64,000 bases of DNA. Origin: a plasmid. The translations under genes were made by a program, and so were the position numbers. Below the pieces are notes generated by a model. It did no database searches, was not told where the DNA came from, and was given only the letters and a program-made list of their open reading frames with translations. This document shows positions 16,931 through 25,388 of the stretch, in pieces (position 1 is the first letter of the stretch; every line of letters starts with the position of its first letter). Location: sequence record NZ_CP118918.1; one strand, 5' to 3'.

Positions 16931-16951
16931 GTGGATGGCTATAGCCTACCA
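16931..16951 (-). promoter_or_regulatory. motif family 1 instance upstream of nrdH copy 2
   Basis: GTGGATGGCTATAGCCTACCA. In transcript orientation AATGGTAGGCTATAGCCATCCAC, 25 nt upstream of the ATG. Confidence 0.55.
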
Positions 16952-17487
16952 TTAAAGCTAGGGCAAGTCAACGGGAAAACGGCCCTGAACTGGACCATTC
17001 GCGACACCTAAGGCCGCGACAGGCTCGACGCGAGCAGGCATGCGATGTCCGTGTCCTTCTTCTATCCAGGCGTAGTTCTACTGACGCGGGCACGGCTGAG
17101 GCCGGACGGATCGTAGGAAACAGCGGGAGGGGGCCCTGAGTGCATGACCGGCCAGTCCGGACATCGCGAACCTCGTGGGCCGCCGCAGGGGCCACCGCCT
17201 GCCGGCAGGTCGCGGTCTCTACATCCATCGTGATCAACAGATGATGGTCCAGGTTCCGACCTAAAACTGCCGGCCGGCCGGCAGCGTCTGTGAAATCGGT
17301 GGGATTCTGCAAGGCCGGTTATTTTTCGAAAGCGTTGGTAGGTGCTCCATCCCTAAGGTGTTTGCGGCCCGCCCCTGAGAGAGGGGCTAACTACGACGCA
17401 TCCGTCGCCACAGTGCGGTGCGTATGCCGAGCCTCTCGGTCGTCCCAGCACAGAAAGCTCGAATACCTATATGAGGGTACAGATTTG

Positions 17488-18456
17488 ATGTTCCCACGTG
17501 TTCTCGCCGTCGTGGCCAGCGCACTGCTGACACTATTGCTGGCCGGCTGCACAGGCGACTCTGCAACGCCCAGCAATGAGCGTGGCGTCCCGGCCGCGCC
17601 ACGGCCATCGGGCCCTGCTGGACATTCCGTGGACACCGTGACCCTGCAATTTTGCGGCCACAACCTTGATCCCAGTTGCACGCCGGGCAGCTATGTCGGG
17701 CCGTTCGTGTCGCTGACCCCCAACGGCGGGCATTGGGACGCCAACGGTAACCCCGTCAACGGAGGCCCGGTCGGCGCTGACGGTTCCACCGGCAACAACC
17801 TCACCCAGGAGTACTGCGCCCGCAACCAAGACCCCGCCTGCCCGATCGGCACTTTCGTTGCACCCAACGCGATCAAGAATCCCGACGGAAGCCACACCTA
17901 CGTCGTCTGTGAGGGCACCATCTGCACCAACCCCAACCACGGCGGCGGTGATCCACCAGGGTATTGGGACGCCAACGGTAACCCCCTCAACGGAGGCCCA
18001 GCCGGCGCTGACGGTTCCACCGGCAACAACCTCACCCACGACTACTGCGCCCGCAACCAAGACCCCGCCTGCCCGACCGGCACCTACGTCGCACCCAACG
18101 CGATCAAGAACCCCGACGGCACCAACAGCTACGTCGTCTGCGACGGCACCATCTGCACCAACCCCAACCACGGCGGCGGCGACGACTGTGACGGCACCAT
18201 CTGCACCAACCCCAACCACGGCGGCGGCGATACACCCGACACTGACACCACTCCCGGCGACGACTCCATCGACACCGACGAACCCAGCGATGCCGGCACA
18301 AATGACACCGGAGACACCGACCCGCCACCTGATTCCGACGATGGCCCCGCATTCGACGACACCCCGGAAAGCTCCAACGACGATGGTGTCATCGACGACA
18401 CACCACCGGATTTCGACGACAGCACCGACACCGGCAGCTTCGACGACGGAAACTAG
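17488..18456 (+). CDS. secreted lipoprotein with two ~77-aa tandem Cys-containing repeats, a partial third repeat and a poly-acidic D/T-rich tail
   Basis: Signal peptide plus lipobox MFPRVLAVVASALLTLLLAGCTG. Repeat unit WDANGNP.NGGP.GADGSTGNNLT..YCARNQDPACP.GT.VAPNAIKNPDG...YVVC.GTICTNPNHGGGD. C-terminal DTDTTPGDDSIDTDEPSD... Confidence 0.7.
   Translation: MFPRVLAVVASALLTLLLAGCTGDSATPSNERGVPAAPRPSGPAGHSVDTVTLQFCGHNLDPSCTPGSYVGPFVSLTPNGGHWDANGNPVNGGPVGADGSTGNNLTQEYCARNQDPACPIGTFVAPNAIKNPDGSHTYVVCEGTICTNPNHGGGDPPGYWDANGNPLNGGPAGADGSTGNNLTHDYCARNQDPACPTGTYVAPNAIKNPDGTNSYVVCDGTICTNPNHGGGDDCDGTICTNPNHGGGDTPDTDTTPGDDSIDTDEPSDAGTNDTGDTDPPPDSDDGPAFDDTPESSNDDGVIDDTPPDFDDSTDTGSFDDGN
17730..18231 (+). 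repeat. in-frame tandem DNA repeat: two ~231-bp units plus a 48-bp partial unit
   Basis: Units 17730-17952 and 17953-18183 are ~90% identical. Partial third unit 18184-18231. Coding repeats, not CRISPR-like. Confidence 0.75.
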
Positions 18457-18501
18457 ATGCGTGTGACGTGCTCGCGCAACGAGCAGCCTATTCGCTAGGC
18501 G

Positions 18502-19263
18502 CTATGCCCCTGCAGACAGAGTGCGGTAGCTGGTCGGGCTCATACCGACGCGTCGCTTGAACGTGGTGGAGAAGTGGCTTGGCGTGGAGAATCCCAGTGC
18601 AGCGGCGATCTCGGTGATGGTTACCGAACTCGCCGATAGCATCTCCCGTGCTCGCGCGATGCGTTGCTCGATTAGATACTGGTGCGGGGTTGTACCGAAG
18701 GCGGCTGTGAATGCTGGCAGGAACGTACTCGGTGTCATGTCCACGAGGTCGGCCAACCTGTTCAGATCGATACGATGGTCCAGTTCGGTGTGCAGGTAGT
18801 CGATAACGATCTGCTGATCGTGGATTTCCATGCTGCGTTTGGGTTGGGCGAGACGCCGACGTACATCGGTCGCGGGGTACAGGTCGGCTATGTGCATCTG
18901 CATCGTCTGGGCCAGCGACTGCCGGAACAGCTGTGCTGCTGCACCCTCTTGAAGGGCCTGGCTGGCTAGGCGGTCCACCAGGCGGTGCAGCAGCGTGTCC
19001 GCGTGGCCGACACGAGGGTTGACATCCCTTCCTCCGAAAATAGCTGTGGGGACGGTGATTTCGCAGAATCCAACTGTAGACCCACGTGCCAGCGCGGCGT
19101 AGCGCCGCTCGGCCGGGATCACCCACACGTCGCCCACACGCGGAAGGCAGGGGCCCGACGGCCCGTCCTCGAACTCGATTTCCATCGACGCAAGATCCCC
19201 GCGGCGGTGCACGACGAACACGTGGTGAGGTTCCTGGAAGCACCAGTCGGTGGGCGCAGTCAC
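18502..19263 (-). CDS. AraC-family transcriptional regulator
   Basis: C-terminal HTH_18: LADLVDMTPSTFLPAFTAAFGTTPHQYLIEQRIARAREML...ITEIAAALGFSTPSHFSTTFKRRVGMSPTSYR. Confidence 0.8.
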   Translation of the reverse strand: MTAPTDWCFQEPHHVFVVHRRGDLASMEIEFEDGPSGPCLPRVGDVWVIPAERRYAALARGSTVGFCEITVPTAIFGGRDVNPRVGHADTLLHRLVDRLASQALQEGAAAQLFRQSLAQTMQMHIADLYPATDVRRRLAQPKRSMEIHDQQIVIDYLHTELDHRIDLNRLADLVDMTPSTFLPAFTAAFGTTPHQYLIEQRIARAREMLSASSVTITEIAAALGFSTPSHFSTTFKRRVGMSPTSYRTLSAGA

Positions 19264-19515
19264 CCGTTCGGCGACGAACCGGAAGTCCAGCCCTTGAACT
19301 GCAGGGTGCGCGCCGACACCACACTGCGATCAGAGCGCTTGCGGTGCCCATCCCAAACCTGCGTCCGTCCTGAACCGCGCATTTCGAAAGTCTCCAGTTT
19401 TTCGAAGCAACCTGGCGATTAGGCCACGATAGCGGCCCCCGCCGCAGGTCGATCCGCGGTCTCGGATGATCGCAGGTCGGCTTCCCGGATTCACCTATCT
19501 GGCCAGTGCCTACGG

Positions 19516-20265
19516 CTAGAGGCTGAGGCCGTGGCTGGGCGGAGCGAGAGACTTGGCCCACCGGCGTTCTTGGTCAGTGACCTGTTCTGTTGAGCGAGGT
19601 TCTACGGTGTCCAGCAGCAGCGCTGTGAGGCGGCCGTACTGCCCGGTGCTGTGCCCGTGGTAGCGGGCGCCGATGAACTCTTCCCGACGTGCGAGGAGCT
19701 GCACGCCATCGAGGGCGTAGCCGTATTTGCGGCATACGGTGGCCATCAGCATGGTTTGGCTGCGCGTGTTGCCTTCACGAAAGGGATGGACCTGATCGAG
19801 TTGCCCCCAGTGCCGGGCTATCGTCGGGATAAACGATTGTGGGGCAAGGTTTGCGGGGTCACTCAATGCGTGCTGGAGTTGGGCAAACACAGCAGTGGCC
19901 TGCTCCTCTACGAGACGCCCCGCTGGGTAGCGGTAGGTGACCCATGGAGCGGACCGGTCGTCGGGGGCGAAATTGACGACATCGCGCCACTGCTTTGCCA
20001 TCGCGTTCTCCGGAACAACTCGCGTTGTTCCGGCCCACGCGTACACGTCCTGGAAGATGCGGTGGTGCACGCGGCGGTAGTAATCGAGGTCGACGGTCTC
20101 GGGAAGCGCGGAGTGGTCATCGAGGATGATGCCGCGCATGCGCGGCGCGACGGCATGCGCTTCGGCAACCGCTAGGTCGGGGTAGCTCTTGATGCCGAAT
20201 TTGTTCTTGAGCACGCCTGGCGCATCAGGCCAGAAGTAGCTATCCCACGTGTCGTAGGACGTCAC
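19516..20265 (-). CDS. Fic family protein (class I FicT-like)
   Basis: Fic motif HPFREGNTRSQTM (HPFxxGN.R). Confidence 0.75.
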   Translation of the reverse strand: MTSYDTWDSYFWPDAPGVLKNKFGIKSYPDLAVAEAHAVAPRMRGIILDDHSALPETVDLDYYRRVHHRIFQDVYAWAGTTRVVPENAMAKQWRDVVNFAPDDRSAPWVTYRYPAGRLVEEQATAVFAQLQHALSDPANLAPQSFIPTIARHWGQLDQVHPFREGNTRSQTMLMATVCRKYGYALDGVQLLARREEFIGARYHGHSTGQYGRLTALLLDTVEPRSTEQVTDQERRWAKSLAPPSHGLSL

Positions 20266-20477
20266 CTGTCCCTGAATCCCGGCTGTGTGAAGCGCGCGAC
20301 CACCTCAGCGGCGGCCTGGTCTTCGTTGAGTTCACCACGGTCCATGCGGGCCAGGAGGTCGCGAACAGAGTCGCTGTCGGGGAACCCGGCGAGGCCGGCG
20401 GCGGCGATGGCCAGAGATGATGCTTCCTCTGGGGTGTAGGTCACCGGTCGGCGCTGGAGCTGGCTCATGAGAGGCAT
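20262..20477 (-). CDS. small protein upstream of and overlapping fic; putative FicA/VbhA-like antitoxin, though the (S/T)xxxE(G/N) motif is not evident
   Basis: 71-aa ORF with a 4-nt overlap with the Fic start; arrangement typical of FicTA modules. Confidence 0.4.
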   Translation of the reverse strand: MPLMSQLQRRPVTYTPEEASSLAIAAAGLAGFPDSDSVRDLLARMDRGELNEDQAAAEVVARFTQPGFRDR

Positions 20478-20784
20478 TGTAGTTTCTTTCGTTCGATGGG
20501 TTGCGTCAACGGAAAACGTGGGGTGCAGGTTCTGCGAGGCAGTCCACCCTGGAGTAGGCGGGGTATCGAGGCGACCCTTAGCCCGGCCTACCTTCCAGAA
20601 GTGAGCCCAGCAGCGGCATGGGTCGCCGCCCCCATGCCCGCTGGCGTGAGCGTGTAGGCGATAGGTACGTCGCAGTGGTCCTCGTTGAGGCTGTAGGCGA
20701 TCGGGGAGTCAACAGAAGCGCTGGAGTTCATGCGGGGCATCACCTCTCGTGTAGGAGATAGGGCTCACCGCCATAAGTGGCGGC

Positions 20785-20820
20785 TGTCTATAGCCTATCA
20801 GCAATGGTAGGCTATAGACA
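20785..20820 (+). promoter_or_regulatory. motif family 1 instance upstream of the PP-loop gene, with a perfect 13-bp inverted repeat
   Basis: TGTCTATAGCCTATCAGCAATGGTAGGCTATAGACA. SD GGAGAG follows before the ATG at 20845. Confidence 0.6.
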
Positions 20821-20844
20821 CCCTCACGGAGAGTTTGCCTACGA

Positions 20845-22032
20845 ATGAATGTCTGTGCCACAACAGAATTGGAACTGTCCGGCCTACACGGTTCGCGTCC
20901 ACCGTCGGTAGTGGTGTCCTACGGCCTCGGCCTCGATTCAACGTGCCTGCTGCTGCGGTGGCTGCGGGAACCCTCAACCCGCGACTTCGCCGTGGAGGAC
21001 ATGGTGGTGGTCACGGCGATGGTGGGAGACGAGTTCAGCTCTACTACGGTTGCGGTGGAGTCACTGATGCTGCCGCTGTTCCGAGAGTTTGGCGTTCGCT
21101 ACGTCCAGTGCGCCCGCGGTCAGCGGGTTACGACGGCGGCTGGCGAAGGTGTTGTCGTGCTGGATGACTCGACGTATCCGCAGAAACTGTACGCGGAGGG
21201 CGCATACCGGCTGTCCGACGAGATGCTGTCTGCTGGCACGCTGCCACAGCTCGGGGGAGCACGGAAGTGCAGCATGCATGCCAAAGGGTGGGCTTTGGAC
21301 CCGGTGATTGCCAAACTCACGGCAGGGCAACCATATCGGCATGCCATTGGGTTCGAATTGGGTGAGCAGGGCCGGGCTGAAAAGGACCGCCGGTACAACA
21401 CCACACAGCGCACCGGTTGGTATCCGTTGATAGAGGCTGGCTTTGACCGACAAGCCTGTCATGACTACGTGTCCGCGAACCTTGGTGTGGCGTGGGAAAA
21501 GTCGTGCTGTTCGTACTGCGTTTTCGCCCTGACGAGTGCACGTGGGCGCGCCGGGATGGTGGAGCGGTACCGTCAGGAGCCGGCGGCCGGGGCGCGGGCG
21601 ATGCTCATCGAAGCGACAGCTCGGCGGCTCAACGCACGTCAGACGTTGATAGCGGGTAGCAGTGTGGCGCAGATGGTCCGAGAGGCGGGCTTGACCGCGG
21701 TTGAAGACGAGTTCCGGCGGGTCTTCGCCGAGTCGGGTTTCGCAGTGTACGACGTCCGTCGTGTCACACCGGCGGGCGTGGGCGGTCGGCGGGGTGTGAC
21801 GGCGCGGTCTGTCCGCAGGCTCGCTACTGGGTCCGAGGGCGCCATGGACGCATACCTTGCGGGTAGCCCAGGGCAGAGGGCGGTGGGGGCTGACCGCATT
21901 GTCCGGCATCACCTACCTGCTGGGCCGGGGTGCGAGCATTTCCGGGTGGTTGCCCCCGCCGTGGTAGAGGATAAGCAGCGCAAAGGATTTGATCGCATAT
22001 GGGCTAACGCCAATAGCCCTTCGCTATTCTGA
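20845..22032 (+). CDS. PP-loop ATP-pyrophosphatase superfamily protein (PAPS-reductase/QueC-like) with C-terminal Cys cluster
   Basis: PP-loop VVVSYGLGLDSTCLLLRWL (SxGxDS). Cys cluster CHDYVSANLGVAWEKSCCSYCVF. Confidence 0.5.
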   Translation: MNVCATTELELSGLHGSRPPSVVVSYGLGLDSTCLLLRWLREPSTRDFAVEDMVVVTAMVGDEFSSTTVAVESLMLPLFREFGVRYVQCARGQRVTTAAGEGVVVLDDSTYPQKLYAEGAYRLSDEMLSAGTLPQLGGARKCSMHAKGWALDPVIAKLTAGQPYRHAIGFELGEQGRAEKDRRYNTTQRTGWYPLIEAGFDRQACHDYVSANLGVAWEKSCCSYCVFALTSARGRAGMVERYRQEPAAGARAMLIEATARRLNARQTLIAGSSVAQMVREAGLTAVEDEFRRVFAESGFAVYDVRRVTPAGVGGRRGVTARSVRRLATGSEGAMDAYLAGSPGQRAVGADRIVRHHLPAGPGCEHFRVVAPAVVEDKQRKGFDRIWANANSPSLF

Positions 22033-22180
22033 GCAGGTAGCAGTGTGCCTGCGCGGTCGAGTCCCCCGTCGGCCAGAGATCGCGGGCGCACTGCTATCCC
22101 CCTGTCGAACTGACCGGAGATAGTGGCGCAGCGGCGTAGTGGCGGCGAGCGGGAATTCAGATTCTACGAAGTCGTGGTGG

Positions 22181-22606
22181 TTAGTTGCTGCGCAGAATGT
22201 CGGTGACGCGGTGTTGCACAGCGGTCCAGTCCTCGGGTGGGAGCGCGGCGATGCCCGCGGTCCATCCGGCATTGGGGTCGATGTGATGGCGCAGCTCGGT
22301 GAAGCAGGCGATCTGGGGCAGCGCTCCAGTAGCGCTGAGGGTGCGGATACGGGCTACCACGTCGTGGGCGTGGCGGTCGATGTGGAGCCAGTAGGTCGCC
22401 GGGCGATGGGTGACAGCAGCCAGGTCGTCGTGTCGCACGTGGTGCCAGCTCAGGTAGGTCAGACCGTTGGTGAGTCGTACGCGTGCGACGGGGTGTCGAT
22501 CGTCGACGCTGACGGCGTGGAACGGTCGGACGGCCGCCACGTAGGGGGCTGGGGTGGTGGGTGACTGGGCGTTTCGGTCTGGTGGGGGAGAGTCGAACGG
22601 GTCCAT
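22181..22606 (-). CDS. hypothetical protein
   Basis: 141-aa protein-like ORF with no motif. Confidence 0.4.
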   Translation of the reverse strand: MDPFDSPPPDRNAQSPTTPAPYVAAVRPFHAVSVDDRHPVARVRLTNGLTYLSWHHVRHDDLAAVTHRPATYWLHIDRHAHDVVARIRTLSATGALPQIACFTELRHHIDPNAGWTAGIAALPPEDWTAVQHRVTDILRSN

Positions 22607-22639
22607 TGCAGTGGTGCCCTCCCTGGAGTCGCGGGCGGG

Positions 22640-22981
22640 TTAGGAGTCTTGCGCTGGCGTGGCCATGGCCTGCTCGATGCCTCTGGTGAGCGCAGCGACG
22701 GTGGTCTGCAATGGGGGCGCGATCTTTGCCAGAAAGACCACGGTGGGTGTACGTTCGCCGGCTTCCACGCCACGCAGGAAGATACGGTCGACGCTGGCCT
22801 GGTCGCTGAGGGCGCGTTGAGACAAGCCCAGGGTCTCGCGGCGCTGGGCGATGTTGCGGCCGACGACCGGCATGATGCGTGCCAGCAGCGCGCGGTCGGC
22901 CTGCGCTTGCAGCTCACGGGCGGCCAGACCGGCGCGCTTGCGTTCCTCAGCAGTGGTGGTCACGGCTTTGGTCGGGGACAT
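22640..22981 (-). CDS. XRE-family HTH transcriptional regulator
   Basis: GRNIAQRRETLGLSQRALSDQASVDRIFLRGVEAGERTPTVVFLAKIA. Likely start MSPTKAV. Confidence 0.65.
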   Translation of the reverse strand: MSPTKAVTTTAEERKRAGLAARELQAQADRALLARIMPVVGRNIAQRRETLGLSQRALSDQASVDRIFLRGVEAGERTPTVVFLAKIAPPLQTTVAALTRGIEQAMATPAQDS

Positions 22982-23092
22982 GGGCGGCGGTCCTTTCACG
23001 TGCGGTATCACCACCGCGACTTCTTGCCGATAGCGTACTCGCGGTGGTGGGTGAAAGGCTACCAACGGGCGCGGGTGGGTCACCGTGCTGAC

Positions 23093-23674
23093 TTATCCTT
23101 GGCTGGCGGGTTCTACCGCGGGTGCTGTGTCGTCACGGACCGGGAATGGGCTGGCTTGCAACGGTGCTCGGTCATACGCTGGTGCGTATCGACCGTCACG
23201 GTCGTAGCCCCAGACATCGAATCCGTGCTCGTCAAATCGGTGGATTGCCGCCGCACCAGCGCACGTCATTTCGGCGCGGCAGGCCAAGCCGTTGCGATCG
23301 ACCCATTCGAGGTCAGGGCTGGTCTCGGAGATCACCCAGTTAACGAGGGCTGTCTCGTCGGCCTCCAGCGGCCTGGACCGGGCGTCAGCCTCTCCGAGAT
23401 ACCAGTGAGTGCGGTCCTGCAATTGCCGGTCATGCTGACGGTCACCGTGGGCCTCGATGGCTGCGCGTTTCGTGGTGTAGCGGGTAGCGGTTCGTGGTGT
23501 CCCGTGCACGTCGACTATGGCCCAGCAGCGGTCGGACTTCTTGGCTACGGTCCACGTCGTGGGCAGGTTGTCCAGGTGGTCTCGCAGCGACCTTTCGAAC
23601 GCGTCGAGCTGGCTGGCGCGGAGGCGGGCGTGGCGGGCATCCGCGTGTTCGGCCGGGGGCGGCTGAGTGTCCAT
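23093..23674 (-). CDS. hypothetical protein
   Basis: 193-aa ORF preceded by a motif family 1 promoter. Confidence 0.5.
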   Translation of the reverse strand: MDTQPPPAEHADARHARLRASQLDAFERSLRDHLDNLPTTWTVAKKSDRCWAIVDVHGTPRTATRYTTKRAAIEAHGDRQHDRQLQDRTHWYLGEADARSRPLEADETALVNWVISETSPDLEWVDRNGLACRAEMTCAGAAAIHRFDEHGFDVWGYDRDGRYAPAYDRAPLQASPFPVRDDTAPAVEPASQG

Positions 23675-23730
23675 GGAGCGCAGTCCTTTCCTCGGATGCT
23701 GTGGGGTATCGACAGCTTTCGCTATGCGGA

Positions 23731-23775
23731 TTGCTATAGCCTACCACAAATGTGGATGGTTATAGCCGTCCAATA
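23731..23775 (-). promoter_or_regulatory. motif family 1 instance (long form) upstream of 23093..23674
   Basis: TGCTATAGCCTACCACAAATGTGGATGGTTATAGCCGTCCAATAT, near-identical to 16005-16047. Confidence 0.6.
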
Positions 23776-23790
23776 TCGTGTCGGTGAGGG

Positions 23791-24360
23791 TTAGGCGGGG
23801 CAGGTCTCAGGCGACCACAAGCCGCGCGCCTCGTCGGCGGCGGCGAACTCGGCGGCCTGGAATTCCGCCTGGTAGCGGTGCGGTGTGTTGAAGGTGTACT
23901 CGTTGGCGTAGCCGCCGGCGATGAGGTCCAGATTGACCAGTTGCCCGGCGGTCGTCCAGACATACGCCAGGCCGCGCCCGTAGCGGTCGATGCGGTCCTG
24001 GCTGAGATCGTATTCGAGGTAGACCGACTGGCCGGTGAGCATCGCCTTGGTGTACTCGGATGCCTCACGCGAGAAACACTGAACCGGCTTGCGCGGATCA
24101 ACGAGTTCAGGTGTGTCGACACCGATCAAACGGATAGTCGTTGGCGTACCGTCGATTTCGACCACAATGGTATCACCGTCGATGACACGTACCACTGGAA
24201 AAGGGCCGTCGATCACAGCCGTGGCCGGCATCGGTGGATAGGTGGCGGTAGTGGCGGTGTGCGCCGTCCACGATGATGGGCTGTGGCATCCGGCGAGCAG
24301 TATCGCGGCTGCACCCAGGAGTGCAGCCAGTGCGCGGCCAGCGGCAGACAGAGCGGTCAT
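23791..24360 (-). CDS. secreted thermonuclease (staphylococcal-nuclease-like) lipoprotein
   Basis: Lipobox AAAILLAGC. SNase motifs VVRVIDGDTIVVEIDGTPTTIRLIGVDTPE...YGRGLAYVW. Confidence 0.7.
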   Translation of the reverse strand: MTALSAAGRALAALLGAAAILLAGCHSPSSWTAHTATTATYPPMPATAVIDGPFPVVRVIDGDTIVVEIDGTPTTIRLIGVDTPELVDPRKPVQCFSREASEYTKAMLTGQSVYLEYDLSQDRIDRYGRGLAYVWTTAGQLVNLDLIAGGYANEYTFNTPHRYQAEFQAAEFAAADEARGLWSPETCPA

Positions 24361-24464
24361 GAGGGCATGGTGACCGTTTCTCACGACGGATTCCAACAGA
24401 TAGGCAGGTCGGTCAATCATGTTCTCTCCTAGTGTGTTCTATCGGGCACGGGGATCTCGGGCCT

Positions 24465-24818
24465 TCAGCGGCACGTGATACACCGGCGGTGGTCCTCGGA
24501 TGGCTGGCAGTCATCGCCCCACTCGCCCTCGTTGTGCAACCCCTCCATGCGGTCTGCGCATCCCCCGCAACACCCGGCCCAGCCCTGCCCGTCATCAAGG
24601 GATTCGCGACACCCTTCATCGAACGGGTCGCGGCACGCAGCATCGTCGTCACTTATGTCGAATCCGTCGAAGATCGTTGCTATGGCATCAGGTATCGATG
24701 AATGAGGGATCGCCGCAGAAAGGCGTTCGAGCTGACCTGACGTGAGCCGGAAACCTGCCCAGTCGTCGGCTTGTTCAGGGGAAATCAATTGCAGGGCCAC
24801 TACATCCGTTGTGCTCAT
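24465..24818 (-). CDS. Cys-rich acidic hypothetical protein
   Basis: 117 aa with CRDPFDEGC...CCGGCADR...CITCR. Start codon abuts the motif family 2 promoter. Confidence 0.45.
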   Translation of the reverse strand: MSTTDVVALQLISPEQADDWAGFRLTSGQLERLSAAIPHSSIPDAIATIFDGFDISDDDAACRDPFDEGCRESLDDGQGWAGCCGGCADRMEGLHNEGEWGDDCQPSEDHRRCITCR

Positions 24819-24822
24819 AGCA

Positions 24823-24847
24823 ATTAGTGTAGTCGGTTAATAGTGGC
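24823..24847 (-). promoter_or_regulatory. motif family 2: probable leaderless promoter, -10 TACACT placed 7 nt before the ATG
   Basis: Transcript orientation CACTATTAACCGACTACACTAATTGCT-ATG. Nearly identical to the sequence upstream of the Doc-like gene at 29404. Confidence 0.5.
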
Positions 24848-24948
24848 GTGGGAACACTTTTCGACACTACTTCCAAGGGAAGGGCAAGAAACTCGCGCAG
24901 CCCGATACGTTTGCGCTGACGCCACTTCCGCTGACGCTTTCAGGAGGT

Positions 24949-25371
24949 ATGCTCACAAGCGTGGCCGTGGTGCTTCATAGTTTGCGGGGATTTCCCCATA
25001 CTGATATCGCTGCGCGGCTACCGCTGGAGCTGTCGGTGGCCGGACGGTTGCGCTCGGATCTGCCGGGTCGGTTTTGGTTGTGTCGAGTAGCGGCCGAGAT
25101 GTGGTGCAGGCTGGACGAATCCACGGAGCGGAGCCATATCTGTGAAGCCCTCTTATCCGAGGATGGGAGTTCGTTGCGCGTGAGCGCACTGGTGGTGACT
25201 CCAGCGGCCAGTAATCAGGTTCTACAGTCCGGGATTGAGAACCTTGCGGTGCACGCTGCGGCGGTCCTCGACCCTGTTGTGGGCGAGTCAGGGGTGTTCA
25301 ACGCCGCGCAGGTCGGTTACCTCGGGTGCGGACTGTTGGACGACGCGGCACGGGTGCCAACTCGGGTCTGA
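24949..25371 (+). CDS. hypothetical protein
   Basis: 140-aa ORF with ~70% GC3. Weak support. Confidence 0.3.
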   Translation: MLTSVAVVLHSLRGFPHTDIAARLPLELSVAGRLRSDLPGRFWLCRVAAEMWCRLDESTERSHICEALLSEDGSSLRVSALVVTPAASNQVLQSGIENLAVHAAAVLDPVVGESGVFNAAQVGYLGCGLLDDAARVPTRV

Positions 25372-25388
25372 GGTAACGCTGCCGCTGG

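Noticed and set aside
17730-18231. Tandem repeats considered as a possible CRISPR array.
   Set aside because: Units are 231 bp with no short spacer-repeat periodicity. They are in frame and coding.
17533-18431. Minus-strand ORFs (17533..18219, 18104..18352, 18129..18431) and the + ORF 17858..18466 across the lipoprotein repeat.
   Set aside because: Alternative frames of the tandem repeat. The lipoprotein frame has a signal peptide and lipobox and conserves Cys spacing.
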